Of a stretch of 64,000 nt of DNA, positions 14,051-26,997 are shown one piece after another. The stretch covers positions 11,098,001 to 11,162,000 of the forward strand of contig CM060731.1 of NCBI GenBank assembly GCA_030704615.1. Direction: 5' to 3'. Position numbers and translations under genes: made by a program. Origin of the DNA: Takakia lepidozioides (lineage: Eukaryota > Plantae > Bryophyta). Position 1 is the first letter of the stretch. The number at the start of each line of letters is the position of its first letter. Under the pieces are notes generated by a model. The model saw nothing but the letters and a program-made list of their open reading frames with translations, searched no databases and was not told the DNA's origin.

Positions 14051-14700
14051 TGAACCTTCATGGCACCCATATGAAACCTTGGACCATCGACTAATGGTAC
14101 AACCTGCACCATAGCAACAGGTCCAAAGTCGACTTCAAAAGGGTTTGGTCCTCTGCTGACCTCCCCTCCTCTCACTCCTCCCCCACTCTTCTTTTTCTGT
14201 CCAAACTTCATAACCTCATAAAAGTATGTCAGGAACTGTCCAAGAAAAAGGCAGAAGAGACCTCTAGAAAAGAGAAAGCCCTCACAAAGTGCCTTCATGT
14301 CTGTCAGTTTCAACTTCAAAGCGGAAGAGACGATGCTCAGACATGGATATCTTATAACACGACTAAGAAAAACTTGTCACTGCTTGTCCACTCCAGAGAG
14401 CACTTCATGAAAATCAAAGCTGGGATCAACTGGTCGCTTAAGGGGGAAAAAATGTCTAAGTATTTTTTTGCTAAGGCTGCCCAGCATCGGGCTTCTACTC
14501 TAATTCCTTCTCTTTGTGATCACTCTGGCCTTTCATCTTCCGTGCCAAAAAAGATGAGCAGTATTGCTGCAGCTTTTTTCAAGCAGCTTTTTGAGAAAAG
14601 AGACCATACACCAATGGTGGTGGAGGCAAGGAACACTTTACTGAGCAACATTCCCTGCTCCCTTTCTGCAATGGATAAAGCCAAGATGGATGAACTTGGA
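14050..14700 (+). mobile_element. L1-like LINE ORF2 fragment (endonuclease-RT linker), opposite orientation to the adjacent 3' fragment
   Basis: KIKAGINWSLKGEKMSKYFFAKAAQHRASTLIPSL...AAAFFKQLF resembles the W...GE..SKYF linker motif of plant L1 ORF2. Confidence 0.65.
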
Positions 14701-14887
14701 AACACGATCCTCTTGGTTCTATCCGTGGAGGGAAGCATGGCTTCGGGCATTGGTTTTCATGCAGATTATGAAGGCAACCTGCAGGTGATTCTGGGCTCAA
14801 ATCATGCTACCTTTCGGGTGTGGTATAATCATCTCCCCTTCCCTTGGGCGGTGTCCCTTGAGCTTTCTGCTGGATGCCCCGTGGCGA

Positions 14888-15125
14888 GGTTTTTATTTTT
14901 AATTTTAATTTTAAAATGGAAACACCTGGGAGCGACAGCTCACAGCCCCCAGTAGTGAGAGGAGAAAATAACCTGTTTCACAATGACCTCGCCATGAAGG
15001 CGTATAAATGGGACACCTCCCAAGGGAAGGGGGGAGAAGAGTATACCACACCCGTCAAGTAGCAGGATTTGACCCCAGAATCATTTGGATGGCACTTAGT
15101 GCACTAACCAACTGAGCTACTATTG
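14888..15125 (-). mobile_element. tRNA-derived SINE, near full-length copy
   Basis: Minus strand: A box TAGCTCAGTTGG, B box GGGTCAAATCC, body shared with copies at 47832-48040/55958-55993 and 56271-56420, A-rich tail after GCTCCCAGGTGTTTCCATTT. Confidence 0.8.
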
Positions 15126-16099
15126 CTAGCGAGGTTACTATGCAAGAGGTTATTTTCAGTGTTGGGCGGTTCTCTCATTTTGGGTAGAACTTGCAGGGTA
15201 GATTCTATCTTGTGGAAGGTAAATAGAGAACCTCCAGGGCCGGGTTCTTAAAAATATGGATAGTTAGAGATCCTCCGGTACAGGGTATATCTCTGAGTTA
15301 CATTTTCACGTGTATGTTTTATACCGGTTCTTTAATGGAATTATCCGCCAATTAACCTTATGGACAGAATAAATAAAAAATGTGTATGTATGAGAAAAAT
15401 CCAACCCGGCCATAATTGTCTTTAATTAAGGTCAATCAATTATTAATGTCATTTTCTAGCACAGCTAACACTGATCTTCCTCTAGAATAGCACCGTTGGC
15501 CTGTTGGTATTCACTTGTAGCATTTTCAGACGCTAACCCTAGATAACCGCCCTTATACCGAGGGTATGTGTCAGGTGCAGTTATCCTTACCCTCCCCTCT
15601 CATCCCAACACGTAGGTCACTTCCTTATGGATAATAGCTATTAGAGAACCCCCGCTGCGGTGAAGTTCACGGGTAAATAGATTTTGGTATTTTTTTATTA
15701 AAGATGACATGTGCACTAAGGCCCTTACCACATAAGCGGCAGCGAAAAGCAATGACGTGGAAGTCCTTGGCTAGGAATTTTACGACCGATGGCATAGAGC
15801 ATAGGTAAATGTCAACAAGAACTAGAAACCCACTACCACACGATCAACAATTGGGTATGGATAAGGCGGCGCAAAAACGATGTGAACAAGACGGCCGCTC
15901 TTCTTTCCTGCCAACGGTTTTTTTGGTTCTCCGAGACAGATGCAAGTGAAGACCTTGTGAGTGAAGAAGTGGGTTGGCATCACGGCCATGGCCAATCAAA
16001 GAAGTATTGTCGCCATCGTATGCCAAATAGTCATGTACAAAATGTGTGAAGCGAGCTCTTACCTATGCAAGAAGCTCGATTTTTATTGCATCATCAGAT

Positions 16100-17208
16100 A
16101 ATTTCTTCCCTAGTTTTGGCTTTTCATGTTGTAGAAACTCTTCATAGGCATCCTCCAAGAGCGTTCTAGGCACACGAGAGGGTCCAAGGCTTCATGAACC
16201 AAAATCTTCTGAGTTCCTTCAATCGCCGTAAGTTCAAAAACCATATGAGAATGAACAGATAGACTTTTGATTATCTTTGTTCCACTGTTGCACCTTTCAT
16301 GAAGAGGTTTGATACGAACATGCGATCTGCAATCTCTCTTGAAATTCATGTTGCAATCTCAATTTCTAGGCTTTGCAACTGGACATGGGATGCAAATGAT
16401 AGCAGATGTGTATGAGGTAGGGTTGTCTACGAGCCAACTAGTAGTCACAGATTTTCTTAGTGCTCTCAAACTTGCTTTGAAAAAGAAATACATCAAGTGG
16501 CTTTCACCTTCCATGATGGAAAAATATGCTTCTGAATTTGAAGCACTAAGAGAGATTCCATATATAGTTGGAGCAATGGATGGCTCTCACATTCTTATCA
16601 TCTCTCCTCACCTTCATGTTGTGGACTAATATAATCGCAAGGGGTTTCATTCAGTTTTACTTCAGGGAGTAGTTACAAGTGTATATTTAAGGACTATGAC
16701 ATAGGGTGGGCTGGTTCAATGCATGACGCAAATCTCCGGGGTCATACAACAATTGGGAAATTTTGTGAAGCTGGAAAATTAGCACCGTACGCTTTGGTTG
16801 GGGATGCAGTTTATCCCACACGTCCATGGATGTTTCCACCATTCAAATGTCACAATGATGGTCTTTCCAGAGAACATTACAATTGGAACTTCATACAGAG
16901 TAGCACCAGGATGTGCATAGAAAAGCTTAAAGGGATGGTAGAAATTAATATTACTGAAAAGGTTAGATATGAATCTCAAGTTAGTCCCAGAAATTGTTGG
17001 AGCATATCTCATTTTACATACTATGTGTATTGTCCATTGGGACAAATTCAACGACGAATGGTTGGCAGAGGCTACTGCAGATGTGCACGATTCTATGCAA
17101 ACTCTCATACGTGTACAATCTCGTGCAGAAAGAGATGTCATAGCTAGAAATTCACTCTCTAATCTACGTGGAGCTGAAGACAACTCAAGGGAGGAGCTTC
17201 GCGAATGA
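16100..17208 (+). pseudogene. PIF/Harbinger DDE transposase (HARBI1-like), frameshifted and with stops
   Basis: FKNHMRM..TFDYLC, GAMDGSHI, YNRKGFHSV.LQGV, GWAGSMHDA, LVGDAVYP, NFIQSSTRMCIE motifs across ORFs 16309..16629, 16719..17147, 16969..17208. Confidence 0.88.
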
Positions 17209-18553
17209 AAGAGGAAGCGACAAAAATATATGAAGTTGTTATGCAATCACTGGAGGAAAAAGTGCAAAAGAGTTAGCGGCTAGAAGAGATAGCATTGCCA
17301 AATCGTTGTGGAATTCAACGAAGAGAACATTGGTTGATGAGACATTCCCTCACAACCAAGACCATGCTAGCAGCGAATGAACCATAGCAATGATTGATCT
17401 AGAGTTTCTCAACTAACTTCTTCATTTCTGTTGTATGGACATCAATAAAGATATTTTGATGTCATCATTTGATTTGAAGCTCTCCATCATTTGTTTTCTA
17501 CTCTCTCTGACTTCTTCCAAGCAACGCTAAAGAAAATGGTCATTTCTCTTCTTGCATCTCACCATGCAGCGTTATCATATGGGGGATGCTACTCTGTGAG
17601 CAGATCCCGCAAGCAGCAAATTCCGTGAGTAAAAATCTGCTCACGCATCAGGATCTGTCTACCTATAACCACGGACGCCTACTCGACTTAGAAGACCTAT
17701 TACTGCGCAGAGTGGCCAGTATTACAAGCTTGGTTATGGATGTTGCTGGGATGAATGAGGGATGAATGGTGGATGAATGTCTGTATGATGAATGAGACAT
17801 GGATGAATGAAATAAATGAAATAATATAAAGCTGTTTTGTAGTAGTAGCACCCGAGCTCCCAAATCCTTTAAACCATGCTAGTCTTGCTTGCAAATCAAT
17901 AGTGAAAGTGCAATGTATATTGCCAACAATGAATCCACATTGCTTTGTTGATTGAGGAGGGGTTACTTGTCATTTTTCCAGGTATCCAAGGTTGAGAGAG
18001 AGGCTCACACCCAAATCTAAAGAAGGCAGAGAGGTGAACTCGTGCTTTATAAATAAACGTTTCAAAACACGTACTGGGAATTAAGATGTCGTTGACGACA
18101 CCTTAATCCCCAGCAACACACACCGCCTTACCGTGAAGACTGTTCGTCATCATATTTTTTGGGTTGAAATTTTTTGGGTGAATTTTTTTGGGGTTTTTGG
18201 TTTTTCCATGAATTGTCATGTGCCAACTCGTACTGGAAAGAAATCTGGCACATTGGGGGGGGGGGGAACCAAAAAACAAAAAAATAAAAACAAAATGTTT
18301 TTTTTTAATTTTTTTGAAAACTTGCTGGGAATTAAGATGTCGTTGACGACACCTTAATCCCCAGCACCTGCACACACACCGTCTTATCACCAAGGCTGTT
18401 CGCCATCAGATTTTTTTGGATTGAAGTTTTTTGAGTGAAATTTTTTGGGGTTTTTTGTTTTTCCATGAATTGTCATGTGCCAACTCGTACTTGGGAATTA
18501 AGATGTCGTTGACGACACCTTAATCTGGCACATTCAGGGAAGGGGAAAAAAAT

Positions 18554-18593
<40 letters not shown>

Positions 18594-20724
18594 CCGGAAA
18601 ACTTGTTGGGAATTAACCCCTAAAGGACGAGCTAACTTTTGGGAGTTTTCCCAAAAAGTGGGCCATACCCTCCATTGCTGAGCTGTAACTTCCTACCCCC
18701 TTACATCCAGCTGGATGAACCATTCCATTTCATCCCTACTACTACATGAAGGTCCTCACAAAATTGTAGCACTTTTGACCATTCCATTTAGTAGATTATA
18801 ACAAAAGAAAATTGGCCAAGTTGAAATCATGAACAAAAAAGAGAGGAAAATTTATTTTGACAATGCAAGTTTGGTGATTTTATATTTTTTCTTGAAGAAA
18901 TGGCATCCAGAATCCGGATAAGGGGCAACCAACAAGTCATCTCCCAAAATCTCAGACCAAAATGCCAAAAATATGGGGGGGCTGCTTTGTATATGAGTTT
19001 GGGAGGGTGAAATCGGATCCCACTTACTCTACTTACAGCAGTGAAAGGGCAAGCAAAATTGTTTTGAATCCTGATTCCTACAGTCAGTACATGCTTGTCC
19101 CCAAGACAAAGGCCCTCCACAAATTTTTTTGGGATTCAGACAAAAATTGCAAGGTGGATAGGGCATTTTTGACAATTTTCAGGCCAACGCCAATTCAAGC
19201 ATTTGGGTGCCGGTCCGGTGACTTCTCCGGAAACTTAGTTTCGGGCCACGTCAGGCAAAAACGCAGGGCCCGCGTAGGGCGAAAAGCAAAACCGAAACGA
19301 GCCCCTGAGTCATCCGTCACCACGGCGACTACCCAACCCGGCCAACTGCCTCACTTCCCTACAGCATGACAAGGTCTCTCTCTCTCGCCCCTCCTTGACG
19401 TAATAGGTTGGCACCATGAAAAGACAAGATGCAGACAAATATACTCGTTGATCATTCTAAGGTAATGTGTTATCCTTCTGGGGCTGGTCAGTTTTTATGG
19501 CAAACTGACATCCAACCAGACCAGGCACATCTGCCGTAAATTGCATGAAAGGCATAGACGAGGGGGATGATTATGGTCATTCTAACCTCCCCCAAATCAC
19601 ATGATGCGTCATGGATGCTTACTTGATAATGGTGGTAACATGCAGCAAATGTTTTATCTATTGTGACATATTTCTCAAGTTCTCGTTGTGCTAAAATCTG
19701 GTACAAACCTGGCACTAGACCCTAGATTTTTACTGTTCAGACCAGCTCTTTCCTTTATTTTTGATATTTGGCCATGCTTCCCAGGCAGGAAAGTAATAAG
19801 TATGACTAGACTTTGCTCCAGAACCCTGCCCAAAACAAAAACAGAGTGAATTAGATTGGCAATCCAGCCAGGGTTAGCTGATATATAGGCATTACAAGGG
19901 TGCCTTTGCAGCGGAACACTTGGTGCTTACCATGGGGAATCTGTAACATTCATAGACCAACGAAGTTCTAGGGTCTTGGTAATAGAGCTTACAAGACACC
20001 AGCTCATTGCCAGATGGTTTATTGCCAATACAATCCAAATAAAGTACAAGTAAAATGGAATTGGTCTCAAATTTGTCAAGACGAAATCAGGTTACAATCT
20101 GGATTTTTGAAGTTGATAACTGATTACCATCCAAAAGCAGAACTGAGGGGGATTCGAACCCCCTCATCTGCCCGTATGTGCAGACAGTCCCCCCCATCAG
20201 CCAGAGAACCCCCACTCCCCAACAAGGCAGCAAACCCCCACTGCAGCAAACCCCTAGAGACCCCCAAAAATCTGCAACCACCCAACCAAAGCCCAGAAAC
20301 CCCTTCCGCACTGTGCCCTGTCATCATGGACTCCCAACCAAAACAACAAGAACAAAAACCCCATGGTAACCCACCAATGCAACCCCTTGCAACCCTGCAA
20401 TGTTTCCACCATGTGATCATGGACTCCCATACAAAATCAAGAACCAGAAAAAGCCTATCTGATCCCAGCAATGCAATCCCATAGAACCCAGCAAAGACAA
20501 CCCCACTGTGATCATGCACTCCCAACCACAACAACAAACACATGACCCCAAAAGACCCCTGCACATCAACCCAAAGATCCCATTACCCGTGAATATACAC
20601 CAGAACCCATCAGATCTCGAAATCCCACTGCTCATCGAAACACCAAAGGCAGAAAGTAGTCACACACATGCCACACTCCACATGAACACCCCTACCAACC
20701 AACACCCGCCAACCCACTGTAAGA

Positions 20725-21453
20725 TCACAACCGAGGCAACCGAGGCCCTCCATTTTTGCCACAGTACATATCAAAATCGGGTACATAGCTAGACACAACA
20801 TCAGCAAGTGGCCATACTTTTATGCCCCACTTGCATGGTTTTTTGGGCATGTATTGACGGATAGCACAATACTTCCCCTTGTACTTGATCATGATCTCAT
20901 CAACTGTCAATACTTTGCCCAAATTCCAATGCAACTTACACTGCCTTGCAATCTCCTCTGAAAGCCATCGTACCTTGCCCAATTTATTGAATTGCGAACT
21001 GGTTCGATCAGAGACCAGTGTCTCGTTCCCCACCAAGTGCAAGCAGCGCAAGATGGCTTCATAGCGGTCTCTTGTCATTATCTTTCTGATGACAGGGCAG
21101 GCAAAGAAGACTTGGGACTCACGCCAGTAGCACCAAGTGTTAGGTAGTTTCTTGATGCCCATGAATAGGCAAATTCCAAACCACGCCCGCAGCTCGGGCA
21201 CAATCAGTGGCCTCCACACTGGTCCTCCTCGAATCCCGCCGGCAATAGTCTCCCTTGAACTGTTGCTCTCACGGAAAATTCTTGCCAGGGTAGAGGGCGA
21301 CCAAAACAAGGTAAACAGGGAAAACATTGACGGTGTTGAAGGCCACCCATACAGGACCCGTAAAAAACTCTCTATCAGAACAAAAAGTAATCTCACTACT
21401 CTCCCATGTTCGTGGGCCAAACAATTCAGCAAAATCGGGATCCACAACGTCAT
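20725..21453 (-). pseudogene. piggyBac transposase, N-terminal/first-Asp half only
   Basis: ELRAWFGICLFMG, MTRDRYEAILRCLH, KLGKVRWL, LTVDEIMIKYKGK..IRQYMPKKPCKWGIKVW motifs; the DN.F/Y.S and later catalytic motifs are not found. Confidence 0.9.
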
Positions 21454-22996
21454 CTGGCAGGTTGGTGTCGTCGTCTAGATTATCCCAGTCCCCCTCATCA
21501 GCCGAATCGCCTCATACACACCCATGCCCAAGACATCAGCCTCATCAGGCACAACATTTTCTAGACCCTCTGCAAACAGATGTACATGACTAGAACGTGG
21601 GACCAAGAAATTCAACGCTCCTGCATCCACCGTGATGTCACGCAAGGGAGAACGGACAGACACCAAATTACGAGACGACATCCCAACATCACTGCAAAAG
21701 GGATTCCGTTTCCACCGCACAGGTTTCCGACACGGAAGGGATGACACGCTGACTTGACGAGGGCGCTTCGTTCTCGCAAAATCTCTCAGCTACTTGAGAC
21801 TCGACATCCGGCCACACTTCCTCTCTCAAGACAAAATTCACCGAATCAGAGAAACCGTCGTTGTCACCCTCTTCCCTCATCTCTTTCCACCCTAAGATAA
21901 GAGCAACATGTCTACGAAACAAAAAACAAAAATTATGAGGTTGAGGCAATTTGGGAATGCGATGCGCATGAGGAGGCAGAGGCAACGACACCAAGTAATC
22001 TACAGAATGACAACCCAAAATCTCGGAAAGTTGACGGGGGCTGCAATGTTGCTGCTCCAAAGCCCACTCAGAGATGACTTTGACAGCGTTGCTATGCTGC
22101 AGGGGAGGAGAAGGTGGCTCAAGCACTTGAAGCCACTTACGCTTGGGAGCCATATATGAACACCTGCGCCCAACCCTATATGCCCAAACTTTAGCGCAAT
22201 CTCCCAAATGCGCGCTCAGATCCCATTCAACACAAGGGGCGACACATCAATTGCACCTGGGAGCTTACCATGAAGTGCATTTTTTTCGTACTGGCACACG
22301 ACGGCAGGTATTGCACCCCATGCCTAAGCTTCAACACAATCGCTCGCATGCCCGCTGCAGATCCCATTCAACCCTAGGGCCGGCACGTCAAGCCAACATG
22401 AGCTTACCCTGCATGCTACGCTCAGGAGTTAGTGAATTCCAACGGCAGAACCCAAAGCAGCATTGACAGAGCCACCCGCACAGCAAACACCATGAAAGCA
22501 AACATGAAAGCAAAGAGGCAGAATGCGGCTGCAGATTGCCAAATGAAGTAAGTGCATTGCGAGCATTCCCTGTAGAAATCCGGTCACCAAATCCCTAGGG
22601 CCTGGCGCTCCCTCAATTGCCTCTCTAGCGCTAGAGTGTAAACACACAGGAATCCCAAAAATGAAAGCAAACTGAAGCTCCATGTCGAGCTGCAGCGAAG
22701 CGCACGCAGGAAGAGAGGACTCGCCAATTGCGCGCAAAAGCCTTACCCAACCCGCCACCCTGCATTGACCCCAGGCTTTGGCGGGTGTCATTTCCATGAT
22801 GGCACGAGGCCATGCAGGGCCAACCGACACACCCCGCAGGTGGCCCCCGCCGCCGCAGCTTGCCGATTTACCCCTTGCGCCGGCCATGTGGCTGGTCAAA
22901 CAATGTGGCCCCCTCAAAACCATCCATTTTCTAACTTTGAAAAATCCCGGCATGCATGGCATTTACTCAAATCCGGATTTTTTTGCAGGAGCGTAT

Positions 22997-23183
22997 TGTC
23001 GTGCGCATACATATCGCTACACAACTACATTGTTGTCCAAAACCACCCAACACATGTGCACACCAAACACTAGTCTACCATTAGTCCACCACTAGTGCAC
23101 CACTAGGCTGCCACTAGACAACCACTAGTAACCACTAGTGCAGCCACTAGTCCATCACTAGGCTGCCACTAGTCCATCACAAT
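22997..23183 (-). repeat. Terminal half-LTR (B2), copy of 23504-23669
   Basis: Direct repeat starting TGTCGTGCGCATACATA and ending CCATCACAAT; differs mainly in number of CCACTAG units. Confidence 0.92.
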
Positions 23184-23669
23184 GATAAAGAAAAGAAGAT
23201 GATACAAGCACACAAGCTCTCTCAAACTTACATACTTGCACATGAAAACATCACTCATATATTAAGTCGAGCCAAGTGCACCCCACGCCATGGGGAATCC
23301 ACACTACGGCGCCATAGCTAGACGCGGTGAGGCTCAACTCGAGAAAGATGAGCCCACCGCAATCTGCCGTGAAGATAATAACGTCAGGTGCCCAAACATG
23401 TATTGGTCCCTGGATTGACACTTGGGTCAATCCCAAATGTCAATATATAGAAGCTAGCTATTTCCTAGCTAACTTCATACTAGTGGTAAAATAACTTGAC
23501 AGCTGTCGTGCGCATACATATTGCTACACAACTACATCGCTATCCAAAACCACACAACACATGTACACACCAAACACTAGTCTACCACTAGTGCACCACT
23601 AGGCTACCACTAGACAACCACTAGTGTAGCCACTAGTCCACCACTAGGCTGCCACTAGTCCATCACAAT
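23183..23669 (-). repeat. Only complete LTR (B1-gc-A2), with the internal palindrome GACAGCTGTC at 23498-23507
   Basis: 23183-23501 matches 32991-33281; 23504-23669 matches 22997-23183; bordered on the internal side by a PPT-like tract. Confidence 0.85.
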
Positions 23670-23680
23670 CGCCCCCCTAG
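23670..23680 (-). other. Polypurine-tract-like plus-strand primer site
   Basis: Minus strand CTAGGGGGGCG immediately before the repeat start ATTGTGATGG. Confidence 0.65.
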
Positions 23681-23934
23681 CTGGCGCTTAGGTCCCTCTA
23701 AGTCCAGGTAGCCACAAGATATGATAGTGGCCATAGCCTCACTAAGTCCTCCACCACTGTCCTTACTACACTCAAACTCGTTAGATCAAGAGGTTGGGTA
23801 CAAGAATTGCCCCATCGTTAGTCGTCGTCTTGCAACCTGTGAACTTGAGTCTGAGATCTCGGGTATTGACTCCTATGAGCTTGGCCTCCCATGTCTTGTT
23901 AGCTGCCACTAGTCATATCCACTGCCACTATCCC

Positions 23935-25341
23935 AAGCAGTGTGGACATAATCAATCTCCATCAGGAACCCTCTCAAGAGGTGGTGTCAAGCATCCCATG
24001 TGCCAACCTCTTGAGCATCGATCACACACCAGCATAGTGGCGGCACCACGAGCATGCCCACATAGCATGCAACGCAGTCCTGCAGGTACCACTGCAAGGT
24101 TGGGATCTATCCTCCCATCCACATGTGGAAGGTGACATGGCGTACAATTGCGCACATGGTCATTCCATACCATGCCATCTCGACCCTTCACAATCAACAC
24201 TCCTGAAGGCAACACCTCCCTGACCCTTAGAATCACACGTCCTGCTGTGACATCCAAAGTCGTAGGTGCTGTCTGCTATAGATACACATAGTCCCCAGGG
24301 TGGAAACGCTGAACACCTAGCCGATATTCCTCTCCACGTATAGTGACATATCTCAATGTGTCTCTATGTTGGGCAATAGCAAGGTTCTCAAAGGCCATAG
24401 GCATGACCCTCTTGAACAACTCTGCCCGCTGGGCACATGCTTGTGTCCACACATCCGGATCATCAAGGTTGAGGACTACTGCAGCCTCCCTACGAACAGA
24501 TGCAGGCAAATCCGGCTCTCGGCCAAAGAGAAGGAAATATGGTGAGAAAGAGGCAAGTGATGCTTGCTTGCTAAACCTGTAGCCCATGGCTAGCCAAGGT
24601 ACCTGAAGATCCCAGTCTCCTAGGTGTCCCTTTTGCAAGCCATACTTGCGCAAACCCCTCTTCACTGTCTGAACCACTCTCTATGCCAAGCCATCGGCCT
24701 CAGGATGGTCTTGAGAAGTGGTACGGTGGTCTATCAAGGCTTTATCACACAAAGCCTGAAACTCCCCCAAGAACTCTCTCCCTTGGTCCGTGAGTACCTC
24801 AGCTGGAGCACCGAATCGGCTAAGCACACGATCCAGGAATGCATATGCAGCCCCTTCACTAGCCTTGTCAGGCAATGGAACCAACTCAATCCACTTGGAG
24901 AAGTGCTCCACCATCACCAACATATATCTGTGGTGGCGCATCGTCAGTGGCAACGGCCCTGCAAAGTCAAGACTCCACCTGTAGCCCAATCCTATGATCG
25001 GAAGAGGGTGCAATTGTGGAGTAGGGGCATTGAATGAAACACGCACCCTGTCACACACCATGCACCTAGCCACAAATTGTTGCACCTCCCAATCCCATGA
25101 TGGGTAATGGATGCAACTGTGGTGTAGGGGCGTTGAATGAAACACGCACCCTGTGACACACCATGCACTTAGCCACGAATTGTTGCACCTCTGTGTGCAT
25201 ACCACGCCACCAATACTGCCCCTGCAGTAAACTATGAGTGCGTCGCACTCCAAAATGCCCCAACTCCTCATGGGCATGCCGCACTAACCGTGCACGCTGT
25301 GTTGGGTGAGGCACGATCCTCACCCGACCATTCTCCCACAC
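23935..25341 (-). pseudogene. Gypsy integrase with C-terminal PHD finger
   Basis: HEELGHFG...C..C zinc finger; SLDFAGPLP, VEHFSKWIEL, FGAPAEVLTDQGREF, SPYFLLFGREP; then CMLC...MLVCDRCSRGWHMGCLTPPL..VPDGD*LCPHC (C4HC3). Several stops and one internal duplication. Confidence 0.92.
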
Positions 25342-26997
25342 TCAAAGCAGGTGTATCCCCTCCCACTTGAACCTCTTGGCTCGTTGCAGGATCCGATCCT
25401 TCTCCTTGGTAGTCACACTTGCTGCCGTGTCTCCAGTGCGGAGGTAGTCCAACACAACCAAATCCTCATGTATATCTCTGGCACCACCTGGCTCATCTCT
25501 AGCCTCAGGGTCCTTAGACACTCCGTCTACAGTCATCCCTGTTGTAGGTCCAACCTGACCTCCCGATGCCAAGATACACAAAAAGACAGATGCATGCCAT
25601 CCTGGCAACATCTCCTCGTCCGTCTCACCATGCCACCGAGCTCCAGTGTCATCCTGCTGGCTCGTGCATGGATTACGACTCAATCCATCCGCATCCCTAT
25701 TGACCAAACCCGGTCGATGCACAACCTGAAAGTCATACTCTTGGAGTATAAGTGCCCACCGTGCAAGCTTCCCCGTAAGCTTGTCTGACTCCATCAACCA
25801 CTTGAGTGGCTGGTGATCCGTGACAAGAATGAAGAGATTGTCGTATAGATAGCACCTGAAGTGTGCCACGGCCCACACTGCAGTTAAGCACTCCCCCTCA
25901 AATGAGCTATACTTAGACTCTGCAGCATTGTTCGAGTGGCTAGCATAAGCCACTACGAACTCTCTTCCCTCATCGTCCACATGTGTGAGCACCGCTCCAA
26001 GCCCCAACATGCTCTAATCTGTATGCACCTGAAAGGGACGCCCCCTGATAGGTCGTCTCAAGATGGGCGCCGAGGTCAATCTCGCCTTGAGCTCCTGAAA
26101 AGCTTGATCTTGCTCATCTTCCCACTGCCACTCATGGTCTAACTTGGTCAGCTTGGTTAGAGCCTTTGCAATAGCACTAAATCCCTTGACAAACCGTCTA
26201 TAGTTGTTTGCCAACCCCATGAAAGCTCAAACTCGGCTCACATCCGTGGGGCGTGGAATCTGTGCGATGGCCTCTACCTTAGTCTGCTGTACCCCCAATC
26301 CTCCAGGATATATCATGTGGCCCAGATACTCAATCTGGTTGTGGAAGAACTTGCACTTCCCCGGATGTAATTTCAATCCGTGCGCTCTCAAGCGCTCAAA
26401 CACCACCTGAAGGTGTCTCTCGTGCTCCTCCACTGTAGCACTGAAGATGATGATGTCATCTATGCAAAGTCTACCCCTGCTAGAATCCTGTCCATGACTC
26501 TCTGGACCTCTGCAGGAGCGTTCTTAAAGCCCAAATGGTAAGAACCGCCACTGATATAGGCAATCCTTCACGTGCTCATTGATCCCCCATAATGTCGTCT
26601 TCTGCTTGTCCGCCTCCTTGATCGGCAACTGGTGATATCCGGACCGCAAGTCCAAAGTGCTAAAGACCTTGGCATGCCCAATGGCATCAAAGATCTCCTC
26701 AGGTGTGGGCATGGCATACTTATTGGACTTGGTCTGACAATTTACAGGCCGAGAGTCACCGCACATACGTCTCTCCGTCCAATTACCATAGACAGCCTTG
26801 TTGGATGGCATCACCGTGGCTGAAGCATACTCTCCACTAGAGAGCTCCACCAAACCAGCCTCCCAGAGATCTTGAGTCCTCATCTGAATCAAAGACCTCT
26901 CCATGTCGCTGTATCTATAGGGTCTTCGAAAGATTGGCGTGTCCGTAGCCAACTCAATACGAATCTCCTGACCCTTCAGTGCTCCCAAATCCTTCAA
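25342..26997 (-). pseudogene. Gypsy reverse transcriptase and RNase H
   Basis: RRPYRYS, RMCGD.RPVN, FSTLDLRSGYHQL, FLPFGL, IDDIIIFS, LKLHPGKCKF, FQVHTD, YSSFEGECL, LVTDHQPLKWL, LARWALILQEYDF, DADGLSR. Confidence 0.95.

Noticed and set aside
22997-23501. Solo LTR with a second element inserted beside it
   Set aside because: One TSD flanks the whole 22997-33281 unit, and PPT/priming sites map to the B and A inner borders, not to the TGTC/GACA ends.
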